A DNA stretch of 64,000 nucleotides, taken from NCBI RefSeq assembly GCF_009914755.1, contig NC_060945.1; one strand, given 5' to 3'. Below are positions 13,725 to 30,200 of this stretch, in pieces. The DNA is from the human T2T-CHM13v2.0 reference genome, Homo sapiens. Under the pieces are notes generated by a model. The model saw only the letters and a program-made list of their open reading frames with translations. It ran no database searches and was not told the DNA's origin. A program made the translations under genes and the position numbers. The number at the start of each line of letters is the position of its first letter. Position 1 is the first letter of the stretch.

Positions 13725-16700
13725 CTATACTGTACAAAAAATATCAAAGTACCCAAAGCATGTATTATATACTGTACATAAAATATGAAAGTACATCAAA
13801 TATATATTTTATTCTGTACATAAAATATCAAAGTACAGAAGATATATATTCTATAGTGTACATAAAATATCAAAGTACCCAAACTATACATTATATACTG
13901 TACATAAAATATGAAATTACATCAAATATATATTAGGTACTTAAAATATGAAAGTACATCAAATATAGATTATATACTGTACATTAAATATCAAAGTACC
14001 CGAAATATATATTATATACTGTACATGAAATATCAAAGTTCACAAACTATATATTATATACTGTACATAAAATATCAAAGTACCCAAGGTATATATTCTA
14101 TACTGTACAAAAAATATCAAAGTACCCAAAGCATGTATTATATACTGTACATAAAATATGAAAGTACATCAAATATATATTTTATTCTGTACATAAAATA
14201 TCAAAGTACACCAGATATATATTCTATAGTGTACATAAAATAACAAAGTACACAAACTATAAATTATATACTGTACATAAAATATGAAATTACAACAAAT
14301 ATATATTAGGTACATAAAATATGAAAGTACATCAAATATAGATTATATACTGTACATATAATATCAATGTACCCCAAATATATATTTTATTCTCTACATG
14401 AAATATAAAGGTTCACAAACCATATATTATATACTGTACATAAAATATCAAAGTACCCAAGGTATATATTCTATACTGTACAAAAAATATCAAAGTACCC
14501 AAAGCATGTATTATACACTGTACATAAAATATGAAAGTACATCAAATATATATTTTATTCTGTACATAAAATATCAAAGTACACCAGATATATATTCTAT
14601 AGTGTACATAAAATATCAATTTACCCAAACTATACATTATATACTGTACATAAAATATGAAATTACATCAAATATTTATTATATTAGGTACATAAAATAT
14701 GAAAGTACATCAAATATAGATTATATACTGTACATAAAATATCAAAGTACCCCAAATATATATTATATACTCTACATGAAATATCAAAGTTCACAAACTA
14801 TATATTATATACTGTACATAAAATATCAAAGCACCCAAGGTATACATTCTATACTGTACAAAAAATATCAAATACCCAAAGCATGTATTATATACTATAT
14901 ATAAAATATGAAAGTACATCAAATATATATTTTAATCTGTACATAAAATATCAAAGTACACCAGATATATATTCTATAGTGTACATAAAATATCAAAGTA
15001 CCCAAACTATAAATTATATACTTTACATAAAATATGAAATTACATCAAATATATGTTAGGTACATAAAATATGAAAGTACATCAAATATAGATTATATAC
15101 TGTACATAAAATATCAAAGTACCCCAAATATATATTATATACTGTACATGAAATATCAAAGTTCAGAAACTATATATTATATACTGTACATAAAATATCA
15201 AAGTACCTAAGGTATATATTCTATACTGTACAAAAAATATCAAAGTACCCAAAGCATGTATTATATACTGTATATAAAATATGAAAGTACATCAAATATA
15301 TATTTTATTCTGTACAGAAAATATCAAAGTACACCAGATATATATTCTATAGTGTACATAAAATAACAAAGTACACAAACTATAAATTATATACTATACA
15401 TAAAATATGAAATTACATCAAATATATATTAGGTACATAAAATATGAAAGTACATCAAATATAGATTCTATACTGTACATATAATATCAATGTACCCCAA
15501 ATATATATTTTATACTCTACATGAAATATCAAAGTTCACAAACCATAAATTATATACTGTACATAAAATGTCAAAGTACCCAAGGTATATATTCTATACT
15601 GTACAAATAATATCAAAGTACCAAAAGCATGTATTATATACTGTACATAAAATATGAAAGTACATCAAATATATATTTTATTCTGTACATAAAATATCAA
15701 AGTACACCAGATATATATTCTATAGTGTACATAAAATATCAAAGTACCCAAACTATACATTATATACTGTACATAAAATATGAAATTACATCAAATATAT
15801 ATTATATTAGGTACATAAAATATGAAAGTACATCAAATATAGATTATATACTGTACATTAAATACCAAAGTACCAAAAATATATATTATATACTCTACAT
15901 GAAATATCAAAGTTCACAAACTATATATTGTATACTGTACATAAAATATCAAAGTACCCAAGGTATATATTCTATATTGTACAAAAAATATCAAAGTACC
16001 CAAAGCATGTATTATACACTATATATAAAATATGAAAGTACATCAAATATATATTTTATTCTGTACATAAAATATCAAAGTACACCAGATATATATTCTA
16101 TAGTGTACATAAAATATCAAAGTACCCAAACTATACATTATATAGTGTACATAAAATATGAAATTACATCAAATATATTTTATATTAGGTACATAAAATA
16201 TGAAAGTACATCAAATATAGATTGTATACTGTACATTAAATACCAAAGTACCCCAAATATATATTTTATACTGTACATGAAATATCAAAGTTCACACACT
16301 ATATATTATATACTGTACATAAAATATCAAAGTACCCAAGGTATATATTCTATACTGTACAAAAAATATCAAAGTACCCAAAGCATGTATTATATACTGT
16401 ACATAAAATATGAAAGTACATCAAATATATATTTTATTCTGTACATAATATATCAAAATACACCAGATATATATTCTATAGTGTACATAAAATAACAAAG
16501 TACACAAACTATACATTATATACTGTACATAAAATATGAAATTACATCAAATATATATTAGGTACATAAAATATGAAAGTACATCAAATATAGATTATAT
16601 ACTGTACATATAATATCAATGTACCCCAAATATATACTTTATACTCTACATGAAATATCAAAGTTCACAAACCATATATTATATACTGTACATAAAATAT

Positions 16701-19700
16701 CAAAGTACCCAAGGTATATATTCTATACTGTACAAAAAATATCAAAGTACCCAAAGCATGTATTATATACTGTACATAAAATATGAAAGTACATGAAATA
16801 TATATTTTATTCTGTACATAAAATATCAAAGTACACCAGATATATATTCTATAGTGTACATAAAATATCAAAGTACCCAAACTATACATTATATACTGTA
16901 CATAAAATATGAAATTACATCAAATATATATTATATTAGGTACATAAAATATGAAAGTACATCAAATATAGATTATATACTGTACATTAAATACCAAAGT
17001 ACCAAAAATATATATTATATACTCAACATGAAATATCAAAGTTCACAAACTATATATTATATACTGTACATAAAATATCAAAGTACCCAAGGTATATATT
17101 CTATATTGTACAAAAAATATCAAAGTACCCAAAGCATGTATTATATACTATATATAAAATATGAAAGTACATCAAATATATATTTTATTCTGTACATAAA
17201 ATATCAAAGTACACCAGATATATATTCTATAGTGTACATAAAATATCAAAGTACCCAAACTATAAATTATATACTTTACATAAAATATGAAATTACATCA
17301 AATATATGTTAGGTACATAAAATATGAAAGTACATCAAATATAGATTATATACTGTACAAAAAATATCAAAGTACCCCAAATATATATTATATACTGTAC
17401 ATGAAATATCAAAGTTCACAAACTATATATTATATACTGTACATAAAATATCAAAGTACCCAAGGTATATATTCTATACTGTACAAAAAATATCAAAGTA
17501 CCCAAAGCATGTATTATATACTGTACATAAAATATGAAAGTACATCAAATATATATTTAATTCTGTACATAAAATATCAAAGTACACCAGATATATATTC
17601 TATAGTGTACATAAAATATCAAAGTACCCAAACTATACATTATATACTGTACATAAAATATGAAATTACGTCAAATATATATTATATTAGGTACATAAAA
17701 TATGAAACTACATCAAATATAGATTATATACTGTACATATAATATCAATGTACCCCAAATATATACTTTATACTCTACATGAAATATCAAAGTTCACAAA
17801 CCATATATTATATACTGTACATAAAATATCAAAGTACCCAAGGTATATATTCTATACTGTACAAAAAATATCAAAGTACCCAAAGCATGTATTATATACT
17901 GTACATAAAATATGAAATTACATCAAATATATATTTTATTCTGAACATAAAATATCAAAGTACACCAGATATATATTCTATAGTGTACATAAAATATCAA
18001 AGTACCCAATCTATACATTATATATTGTACATAAAATATGAAATTACATCAAATATATATTAGGTACATAAAATATGAATGTACATCAAATATAGATTAT
18101 ATACTGTACATAAAATATCAAAGTACCCCAAATATATATTATATACTCTACATGAAATATCAAAGTTCACACACTATATATTATATACTGTACATAAAAT
18201 ATAAAAGTACCCAAGGTATATATTCTATACTGTACAAAAAATATCAAAGAACCCAAACCATGTATTATATACTGTACATAAAATATGAAAGTACATCAAA
18301 TATATATTTTATTCTGTACATAAAATATCAAAGTACACCAGATATATATTCTATAGTGTACATAAAATAACAAAGTACACAAACTATACATTATGTACTG
18401 TACATAAAATATGAAATTACATCAAATATATATTAGGTACATAAAATATGAAAGTACATCAAATATAGATTATATACTGTACATAAAATATCAATGTACC
18501 CCAAATATATATTTTATACTCTACATGAAATATCAAAGTTCACAAACCATATATTATATACTGTACATAAAATATCAAAGTACCCAAGGTATATTTTCTA
18601 TACTGTACAAAAAATATCAAAGTACCCAAAGCATGTATTATATACTGTACATAAAATATGAAAGTACATCAAATATATATTTTATTCTGTACATAAAATA
18701 TCAAAGTACAGAAGATATATATTCTATAGTGTACATAAAATATCAAAGTACCCAAACTATACATTATATACTGTACATAAAATATGAAATTACATCAAAT
18801 ATATATTAGGTACTTAAAATATGAAAGTACATCAAATATAGATTATATACTGTACATTAAATATCAAAGTACCCGAAATATATATTATATACTGTACATG
18901 AAATATCAAAGTTCACAAACTATATATTATATACTGTACATAAAATATCAAAGTACCCAAGGTATATATTCTATACTGTACAAAAAATATCAAAGTACCC
19001 AAAGCATGTATTATATACTGTACATAAAATATGAAAGTACATCAAATATATATTTTATTCTGTACATAAAATATCAAAGTACACCAGATATATATTCTAT
19101 AGTGTACATAAAATAACAAAGTACACAAACTATAAATTATATACTGTACATAAAATATGAAATTACAACAAATATATATTAGGTACATAAAATATGAAAG
19201 TACATCAAATATAGATTATATACTGTACATATAATATCAATGTACCCCAAATATATATTTTATTCTCTACATGAAATATAAAGGTTCACAAACCATATAT
19301 TATATACTGTACATAAAATATCAAAGTACCCAAGGTATATATTCTATACTGTACAAAAAATATCAAAGTACCCAAAGCATGTATTATACACTGTACATAA
19401 AATATGAAAGTACATCAAATATATATTTTATTCTGTACATAAAATATCAAAGTACACCAGATATATATTCTATAGTGTACATAAAATATCAATTTACCCA
19501 AACTATACATTATATACTGTACATAAAATATGAAATTACATCAAATATTTATTATATTAGGTACATAAAATATGAAAGTACATCAAATATAGATTATATA
19601 CTGTACATAAAATATCAAAGTACCCCAAATATATATTATATACTCTACATGAAATATCAAAGTTCACAAACTATATATTATATACTGTACATAAAATATC

Positions 19701-22700
19701 AAAGCACCCAAGGTATACATTCTATACTGTACAAAAAATATCAAATACCCAAAGCATGTATTATATACTATATATAAAATATGAAAGTACATCAAATATA
19801 TATTTTAATCTGTACATAAAATATCAAAGTACACCAGATATATATTCTATAGTGTACATAAAATATCAAAGTACCCAAACTATAAATTATATACTTTACA
19901 TAAAATATGAAATTACATCAAATATATGTTAGGTACATAAAATATGAAAGTACATCAAATATAGATTATATACTGTACATAAAATATCAAAGTACCCCAA
20001 ATATATATTATATACTGTACATGAAATATCAAAGTTCAGAAACTATATATTATATACTGTACATAAAATATCAAAGTACCTAAGGTATATATTCTATACT
20101 GTACAAAAAATATCAAAGTACCCAAAGCATGTATTATATACTGTATATAAAATATGAAAGTACATCAAATATATATTTTATTCTGTACAGAAAATATCAA
20201 AGTACACCAGATATATATTCTATAGTGTACATAAAATAACAAAGTACACAAACTATAAATTATATACTATACATAAAATATGAAATTACATCAAATATAT
20301 ATTAGGTACATAAAATATGAAAGTACATCAAATATAGATTCTATACTGTACATATAATATCAATGTACCCCAAATATATATTTTATACTCTACATGAAAT
20401 ATCAAAGTTCACAAACCATAAATTATATACTGTACATAAAATGTCAAAGTACCCAAGGTATATATTCTATACTGTACAAATAATATCAAAGTACCAAAAG
20501 CATGTATTATATACTGTACATAAAATATGAAAGTACATCAAATATATATTTTATTCTGTACATAAAATATCAAAGTACACCAGATATATATTCTATAGTG
20601 TACATAAAATATCAAAGTACCCAAACTATACATTATATACTGTACATAAAATATGAAATTACATCAAATATATATTATATTAGGTACATAAAATATGAAA
20701 GTACATCAAATATAGATTATATACTGTACATTAAATACCAAAGTACCAAAAATATATATTATATACTCTACATGAAATATCAAAGTTCACAAACTATATA
20801 TTGTATACTGTACATAAAATATCAAAGTACCCAAGGTATATATTCTATATTGTACAAAAAATATCAAAGTACCCAAAGCATGTATTATACACTATATATA
20901 AAATATGAAAGTACATCAAATATATATTTTATTCTGTACATAAAATATCAAAGTACACCAGATATATATTCTATAGTGTACATAAAATATCAAAGTACCC
21001 AAACTATACATTATATAGTGTACATAAAATATGAAATTACATCAAATATATTTTATATTAGGTACATAAAATATGAAAGTACATCAAATATAGATTGTAT
21101 ACTGTACATTAAATACCAAAGTACCCCAAATATATATTTTATACTGTACATGAAATATCAAAGTTCACACACTATATATTATATACTGTACATAAAATAT
21201 CAAAGTACCCAAGGTATATATTCTATACTGTACAAAAAATATCAAAGTACCCAAAGCATGTATTATATACTGTACATAAAATATGAAAGTACATCAAATA
21301 TATATTTTATTCTGTACATAATATATCAAAATACACCAGATATATATTCTATAGTGTACATAAAATAACAAAGTACACAAACTATACATTATATACTGTA
21401 CATAAAATATGAAATTACATCAAATATATATTAGGTACATAAAATATGAAAGTACATCAAATATAGATTATATACTGTACATATAATATCAATGTACCCC
21501 AAATATATACTTTATACTCTACATGAAATATCAAAGTTCACAAACCATATATTATATACTGTACATAAAATATCAAAGTACCCAAGGTATATATTCTATA
21601 CTGTACAAAAAATATCAAAGTACCCAAAGCATGTATTATATACTGTACATAAAATATGAAAGTACATGAAATATATATTTTATTCTGTACATAAAATATC
21701 AAAGTACACCAGATATATATTCTATAGTGTACATAAAATATCAAAGTACCCAAACTATACATTATATACTGTACATAAAATATGAAATTACATCAAATAT
21801 ATATTATATTAGGTACATAAAATATGAAAGTACATCAAATATAGATTATATACTGTACATTAAATACCAAAGTACCAAAAATATATATTATATACTCAAC
21901 ATGAAATATCAAAGTTCACAAACTATATATTATATACTGTACATAAAATATCAAAGTACCCAAGGTATATATTCTATATTGTACAAAAAATATCAAAGTA
22001 CCCAAAGCATGTATTATATACTATATATAAAATATGAAAGTACATCAAATATATATTTTATTCTGTACATAAAATATCAAAGTACACCAGATATATATTC
22101 TATAGTGTACATAAAATATCAAAGTACCCAAACTATAAATTATATACTTTACATAAAATATGAAATTACATCAAATATATGTTAGGTACATAAAATATGA
22201 AAGTACATCAAATATAGATTATATACTGTACAAAAAATATCAAAGTACCCCAAATATATATTATATACTGTACATGAAATATCAAAGTTCACAAACTATA
22301 TATTATATACTGTACATAAAATATCAAAGTACCCAAGGTATATATTCTATACTGTACAAAAAATATCAAAGTACCCAAAGCATGTATTATATACTGTACA
22401 TAAAATATGAAAGTACATCAAATATATATTTAATTCTGTACATAAAATATCAAAGTACACCAGATATATATTCTATAGTGTACATAAAATATCAAAGTAC
22501 CCAAACTATACATTATATACTGTACATAAAATATGAAATTACGTCAAATATATATTATATTAGGTACATAAAATATGAAACTACATCAAATATAGATTAT
22601 ATACTGTACATATAATATCAATGTACCCCAAATATATACTTTATACTCTACATGAAATATCAAAGTTCACAAACCATATATTATATACTGTACATAAAAT

Positions 22701-23503
22701 ATCAAAGTACCCAAGGTATATATTCTATACTGTACAAAAAATATCAAAGTACCCAAAGCATGTATTATATACTGTACATAAAATATGAAATTACATCAAA
22801 TATATATTTTATTCTGAACATAAAATATCAAAGTACACCAGATATATATTCTATAGTGTACATAAAATATCAAAGTACCCAATCTATACATTATATATTG
22901 TACATAAAATATGAAATTACATCAAATATATATTAGGTACATAAAATATGAATGTACATCAAATATAGATTATATACTGTACATAAAATATCAAAGTACC
23001 CCAAATATATATTATATACTCTACATGAAATATCAAAGTTCACACACTATATATTATATACTGTACATAAAATATAAAAGTACCCAAGGTATATATTCTA
23101 TACTGTACAAAAAATATCAAAGAACCCAAACCATGTATTATATACTGTACATAAAATATGAAAGTACATCAAATATATATTTTATTCTGTACATAAAATA
23201 TCAAAGTACACCAGATATATATTCTATAGTGTACATAAAATAACAAAGTACACAAACTATACATTATGTACTGTACATAAAATATGAAATTACATCAAAT
23301 ATATATTAGGTACATAAAATATGAAAGTACATCAAATATAGATTATATACTGTACATAAAATATCAATGTACCCCAAATATATATTTTATACTCTACATG
23401 AAATATCAAAGTTCACAAACCATATATTATATACTGTACATAAAATATCAAAGTACCCAAGGTATATTTTCTATACTGTACAAAAAATATCAAAGTACCC
23501 AAA
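13725..23503 (+). repeat. Near-identical tandem duplication, period 4873 bp (13 HOR units)
   Basis: Nine ORF pairs start exactly 4873 bp apart (13911/18784 through 18411/23284). Translations are identical until the match ends in the last pair. Rare variants GTACAGAAGA, ATAAAGGTTC and ATTACGTCA recur at that offset. Confidence 0.93.
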
Positions 23504-26500
23504 ACATGTATTATATACTGTACATAAAATATGAAAGTACATCAATTATATATTTTATTCTGTACATAAAATATCAAAGTACACCAGGTATATATTCTAT
23601 AGTGTACATAAAATAACAAAGTACCCAAACTATACATTATATACTGTACATAAAATATGAAATTACATCAAATATATATTATATTAGGTACATAAAATAT
23701 GAAAGTACATCAAATATAGATTATATACTGTACATTAAATACCAAAGTACCCCAAATATATATTTTATACTGTACATGAAATATCAAAGTTCACAAACTA
23801 TATATTATATACTGTACATAAAATATCAAAGTACCTAAGGTATATATTCTATACTGTACAAAAAATATCAAAGTACCCAAAGCATGTATTATATACTGTA
23901 TATAAAATATGAAAGTACATCAAATATATATTTTATTCTGTACAGAAAATATCAAAGTACACCAGATATATATTCTATAGTGTACATAAAATAACAAAGT
24001 ACACAAACTATAAATTATATACTGTACATAAAATATGAAATTACATCAAATATATATTAGGTACATAAAATATGAAAGTACATCAAATATAGATTATATA
24101 CTGTACATAAAATATCAATGTACCCAAAATATATATTTTATATTCCACATGAAATATCAAAGTTCACAAACCATATATTATATACTGTACATAAAATATC
24201 AAAGTACCCAAGGTATACATTCTATACTGCACAAAAAATATCAAAACCCAAAACATGTATTATATACTGTATATAAAATATGAAAGTACATCAAATATAT
24301 ATTTTATTCTGTACATAAAATATCAAAGTACACCAGATATATATTCTATAGTGTACATAAAATAACAAAGTACACAAACTATAAATTATATACTGTACAT
24401 AAAATATGAAATTACATCAAATATATATTAGGTACATAAAATATGAAAGTTCATCAAATATAGATTATATACTGTACATATAATATCAATGTACCCCAAA
24501 TATATATTTTGTACTCTACATGAAATATCAAAGTTCACAAACCATATATTATATACTGTACATAAAATATCAAAGTACCCAAGGTATATATTCTATACTG
24601 TACAAAAAATATCAAAGTACCCAAAGCATGTATTATATACTGTACATAAAATATGAAAGTACATCAAATATATATTTTATTCTGTACATAAAATATCAAT
24701 GTACACCAGATATATATTCTATAGTGTACATAAAATATCAAAGTACCCAAACTATACATTATATACTGTACATAAAATATGAAATTACATCAAATAAAGA
24801 TTATATTAGGTACATAAAATATGAAAGTACATCAAATATAGATTATATACAGTACATTAAATACCAAAGTACCCCAAATATATATTTTATACTGTACATG
24901 AAATATCGAAGTTCACAAACTATATATTATATACTGTACATAAAATATCAAAGTTCCCAAGGTATATATTCTATACTGTAGAAAAAATATCAAAGTACCC
25001 AAAGCATGTATTATATACTGTATATAAAATATGAAATTACATCAAATATATATTTTATTCTGTACATAAAATATCAAAGTATACCAGATATATATTCTAT
25101 AGTGTACATAAAATATCAAAGTACCCAAACTATACATTATATACTGTACATAAAATATGAAATTACATCAAATATATATTAGGTACATAAAATATGAAAG
25201 TACATCAAATATAGATTATATACTGTACATGAAATACCAAAGTAACCCAAATATATATTATATACTGTACATGAAATATCAAAGTTCACAAACTATATAT
25301 TATATACTGTACATAAAATATCAAAGTACCCAAGGTATATATTCTATACTATACAAAAAATATCAAAGTACCCAAAACATGTATTATATACGGTACATAA
25401 AATATGAAAGTACATCAAATATATATTTTATTCTGTACATAAAATATCAAAGTACACCAGATATATATTCTATAGTGTACATAAAATAACAAAGTACACA
25501 AACTATAAATTATATACTGTACATAAAATATGAAATTACATCAAATATATATTAGGTACATAAAATATGAAAGTACATCAAATATAGATTATATACTGTA
25601 CATAAATTATCAATGTACCCCAATTATATATTTTATACTCCACATGAAATATCAAAGTTCACAAACCATACATTATATACTGTACATAAAATATCAAAGT
25701 ACCCAAGGTATACATTCTATACTGCACAAAAAATATCAAAGTACCCAAAACATGTATTATATACTGTATATAAAATATGAAAGTACATCAAATATATATT
25801 TTATTCTGTACATAAAATATCAAAGTACACCAGATATATATTCTATAGTGTACATAAAATATCAAAGTACCCAAACTATACATTATATACTGTACATAAA
25901 ATATGAAACTACATCAAATATATATTAGGTACATAAAATATGAAAGTACATCAAATATAGATTATATACTGTACATATAATATCAATGTTCCGCAAATAT
26001 ATATTTTGTACTCTACATGAAATATCAAAGTTCACAAACCATATATTATATACTGTACATAAAATATCAAAGTACCCAAGGTATATATTCTATACTGTAC
26101 AAAAAATATCAAAGTACCCAAAGCATGTATTATATACTGTACATAAAATATGAAAGTACATCAAATATATATTTTATTCTGTACATAAAGTATCAAAGTA
26201 CACCAGATATATATTCTATAGTGTACATAAAATATCAAAGTACACAAACTATACATTATATACTGTACATAAAATATGAAATTACATAAAATATATATTA
26301 TATTATGTACATGAAATATGAAAGTACATCAAATATAGATTATATACTGTACATAAAATATCAAAGTACCCAAATATATATTACATACTCTACATGAAAC
26401 ATCAAAGTTCACAAACTATATATTATATACTGTACATAACATATCAAAGTACCGAAGGTATATATTCTATACTGTACAAAAAATATCAATGTACCCAAAG

Positions 26501-27284
26501 CATGTATTATATACTGTATATAAAATATGAAAGTACATCAAATATATATTTTATTCTGTACATAAAATATCAAAGTATACCAGATATATATTCTATACTG
26601 TACATAAAATATCAAAGTACCCAAACTATACATTATATACTGTACATAAAATATGAAATTACATCAAATATATATTAGGTACATAAAATATGAAAGTACA
26701 TCAAATATAGATTATATACTGTACATTAAATATCAAAGTACCCGAAATATATATTATATACTGTACATGAAATATCAAAGTTCACAAACTATATATTATA
26801 CACTGTACATAAAATATCAAAGTACCCAAGGTATATATTCTATACTGTACAAAAAATATCAAAGTACCCAAAGCATGTATTATATACTGTACCTAAAATA
26901 TGAAAGTACATCAAATATATATTTTATTCTGTACATAAAATATCAAAGTACACCAGATATATATTCTATAGTGTACATAAAATAACAAAGTACACAAACT
27001 ATAAATTATATACTGTACATAAAATATGAAATTACAACAAATATATATTAGGTACATAAAATATGAAAGTACATCAAATATAGATTATATACTGTACATA
27101 TAATATCAATGTACCCCAAATATATATTTTATTCTCTACATGAAATATAAAGGTTCACAAACCATATATTATATACTGTACATAAAATATCAAAGTACCC
27201 AAGGTATATATTCTATACTGTACAAAAAATATCAAAGTACCCAAAGCATGTATTATACACTGTACATAAAATATGAAAGTACAT

Positions 27285-30200
27285 AGGTACATAAAATATG
27301 AAAGTACATAAAATATAGATGATATACTGTACATAAAATATCAAAGTAGCCCAAATATATATTATACAGTGTACATGAAATATCAAAATTTACAAAATAT
27401 ATATTATATAATGTACATAAAATATCAAAATACCCAAAACAAGTAGTATATACTGTACATAAAAGATGAAAGTACATCAAATATATATTTTATTCTGTAC
27501 ATAAAATATCAAAGTACACCAGATATATATTTTATAGTGTACATAAAATATCAAGGTAACCAAACTATACATTATATACTGTACATAAAATATGAAATTA
27601 CATCAAATATATATTATATTAGGTACGTAAAATATGAAATTACATCAAATACAGATTATATACTGTACATAAAATATAAAAGAACCCCAAATATATATTA
27701 TATATTGTACATGAAATATCAAAATACAGAAACTATATATTATATACTGTACAAAAAATATCAAAGTACCCAAAGCAAGTATTATATACTGTACATAAAA
27801 GATGAAAGTACATCAAATATATATTCTATTCTGTACATAAATTATCAAAGTACACCAGATATATATTTTATAGCGTACATAAAACATCAAGGTACACAAA
27901 CTATACATTATATACTGTACATAAAATATGAAATTACATCAAATATATATTATATTGGGTACATAAAATATGAAAGCACATCAAATATAGATTAACTGTA
28001 CATAAAATATCAAAGAACCCGAAATATATATTATATACTGTACATGAAATATCAAAGTTCACAAACTATATATTATATACTGTACATAAAATATCAAGGT
28101 ACCCAAGGTATATATTCTATACTGTACAAAAAATATCAAAGTACCCAAAGCATGTATTATATACTGTACATAAAATATGAGAGTACATCAAATATATATT
28201 TTATTCTGTACATAAAATATCAAAGTACACCAGATATATATTTTATAGTGTACATAAAATATCAAAGTACCCAAACTATACATTATATACTGTACATAAA
28301 ATATGAAATTACATCAAATATATATTATATTAGGTACATAAAATATGAAAGTACATAAAATATAGATGATATACTGTACAAAAAATATCAAAGTAGCCCA
28401 AATATATATTATACAGTGTACATGAAATATCAAAATTTACAAAATATATATTATATAATGTACATAAAATATCAAAATACCCAAAACAAGTATTATATAC
28501 TGTACATAAAAGATGAAAGTACATCAAATATATATTGTATTCTGTACATAAAATATCAAAGTACACCAGGTATATATTTTATAGTGTACATAAAATATCA
28601 AGGTAACCAAACTATACATTATATACTGTACATAAAATATGAAATTACATCAAATATATATTATATTAGGTACGTAAAATATGAAAGTACATCAAATATA
28701 GATTATATACTGTATATAAAATATAAAAGAACCCCAAATATATATTATATACTGTACTTGAAATATCAAAGATCACAAACTATATATTATATACTGTACA
28801 TAAAATATGAATATACCCAAGGTATATATTCTATACTGTACAAAAAATATCAAAGTACCCAAAGCATGTATTATATACTGTACATAAAATATGTAACTAC
28901 ATCAAATATATATTTAATTCTGTACATAAAATAACAAAGTACACCAGATATATATTTTATAGTGTACATAAAATATCAAAGTACCCAAACTATACATTAC
29001 ATACTGTACATAAAATATGAAATTACATCAAATATATATTATATTAGGAACATAAAATATGAAAGTACATCAAATATAGATTATTAACTGTACATAAAAT
29101 ATCAAAGAACCCCAAATATATATTATATACTGTACATGAGATATCAAACTTCACAAACTATATATTATATTCTGTAGATAAAATATCAACGTACCCAAGG
29201 TATATATTCTATACTGTACAAAAAATATCAAAGTACCCAAAGCATGTATTATATACTGTATATAAAATATGAAAGTACATCAAATATATATTTTATTCTG
29301 TACATAAAATATTAAAGTACACCAGATATATATTTTATAGTGTACATAAAATATCAAAGTACCCAAACTATACATTACATACTGTACATAAAATATGAAA
29401 TTACATCAAATATATATTATATTAGGTACATAAAATATGAAAGTACATCAAATATAGATTATTAACTGTACATAAAATATCAAAGAACCCCAAATATATA
29501 TTATATACTGTACATGAAATATCAAACTTCACAAACTATATATTATATAATGTACATAAAATATAAAAGTACCCAAGGTATATATTCTATACTGTACAAA
29601 AAATATCAAGGTACCCAAAGCATGTGTTATATACTGTACATAAAATATGAATGTACATCAAATATATATTTTATTCTGTACATAAAATATGAAAGTACAC
29701 CAGATATATATTTTATAGTGTACATAAAATATCAAAATACCCAAAGAATACATTATAAACTGTACATAAAATATGAAAGTACATCAAATATAGATAATTA
29801 ACTGTACATAAAATATCAAAGTACCCCAAATATATATTATATACTGTACATGAGATATCAAACTTCACAAACTATATATTATATACTGTAGATAAAATAT
29901 CAACGTACCCAAGGTATATATTCTATACTGTACAAAAAATATCAAAGTACCCAAAATATGTATTATATACTGTATATAAAATATGAAAGTACATCAAATA
30001 TAAATTTTATTCTGTACATAAAATATCAAAGTACACCAGATATATATTTTATAGTGTACAGAAAATATCAAAGTACCCAAACTATACATTATATACTGTA
30101 CATAAAATATGAAATTACATCAAATATATATTATATTAGGTACATAAAATATGAAAGTACATAAAATATAGATGATATACTGTACATAAAGTATCAAAGT

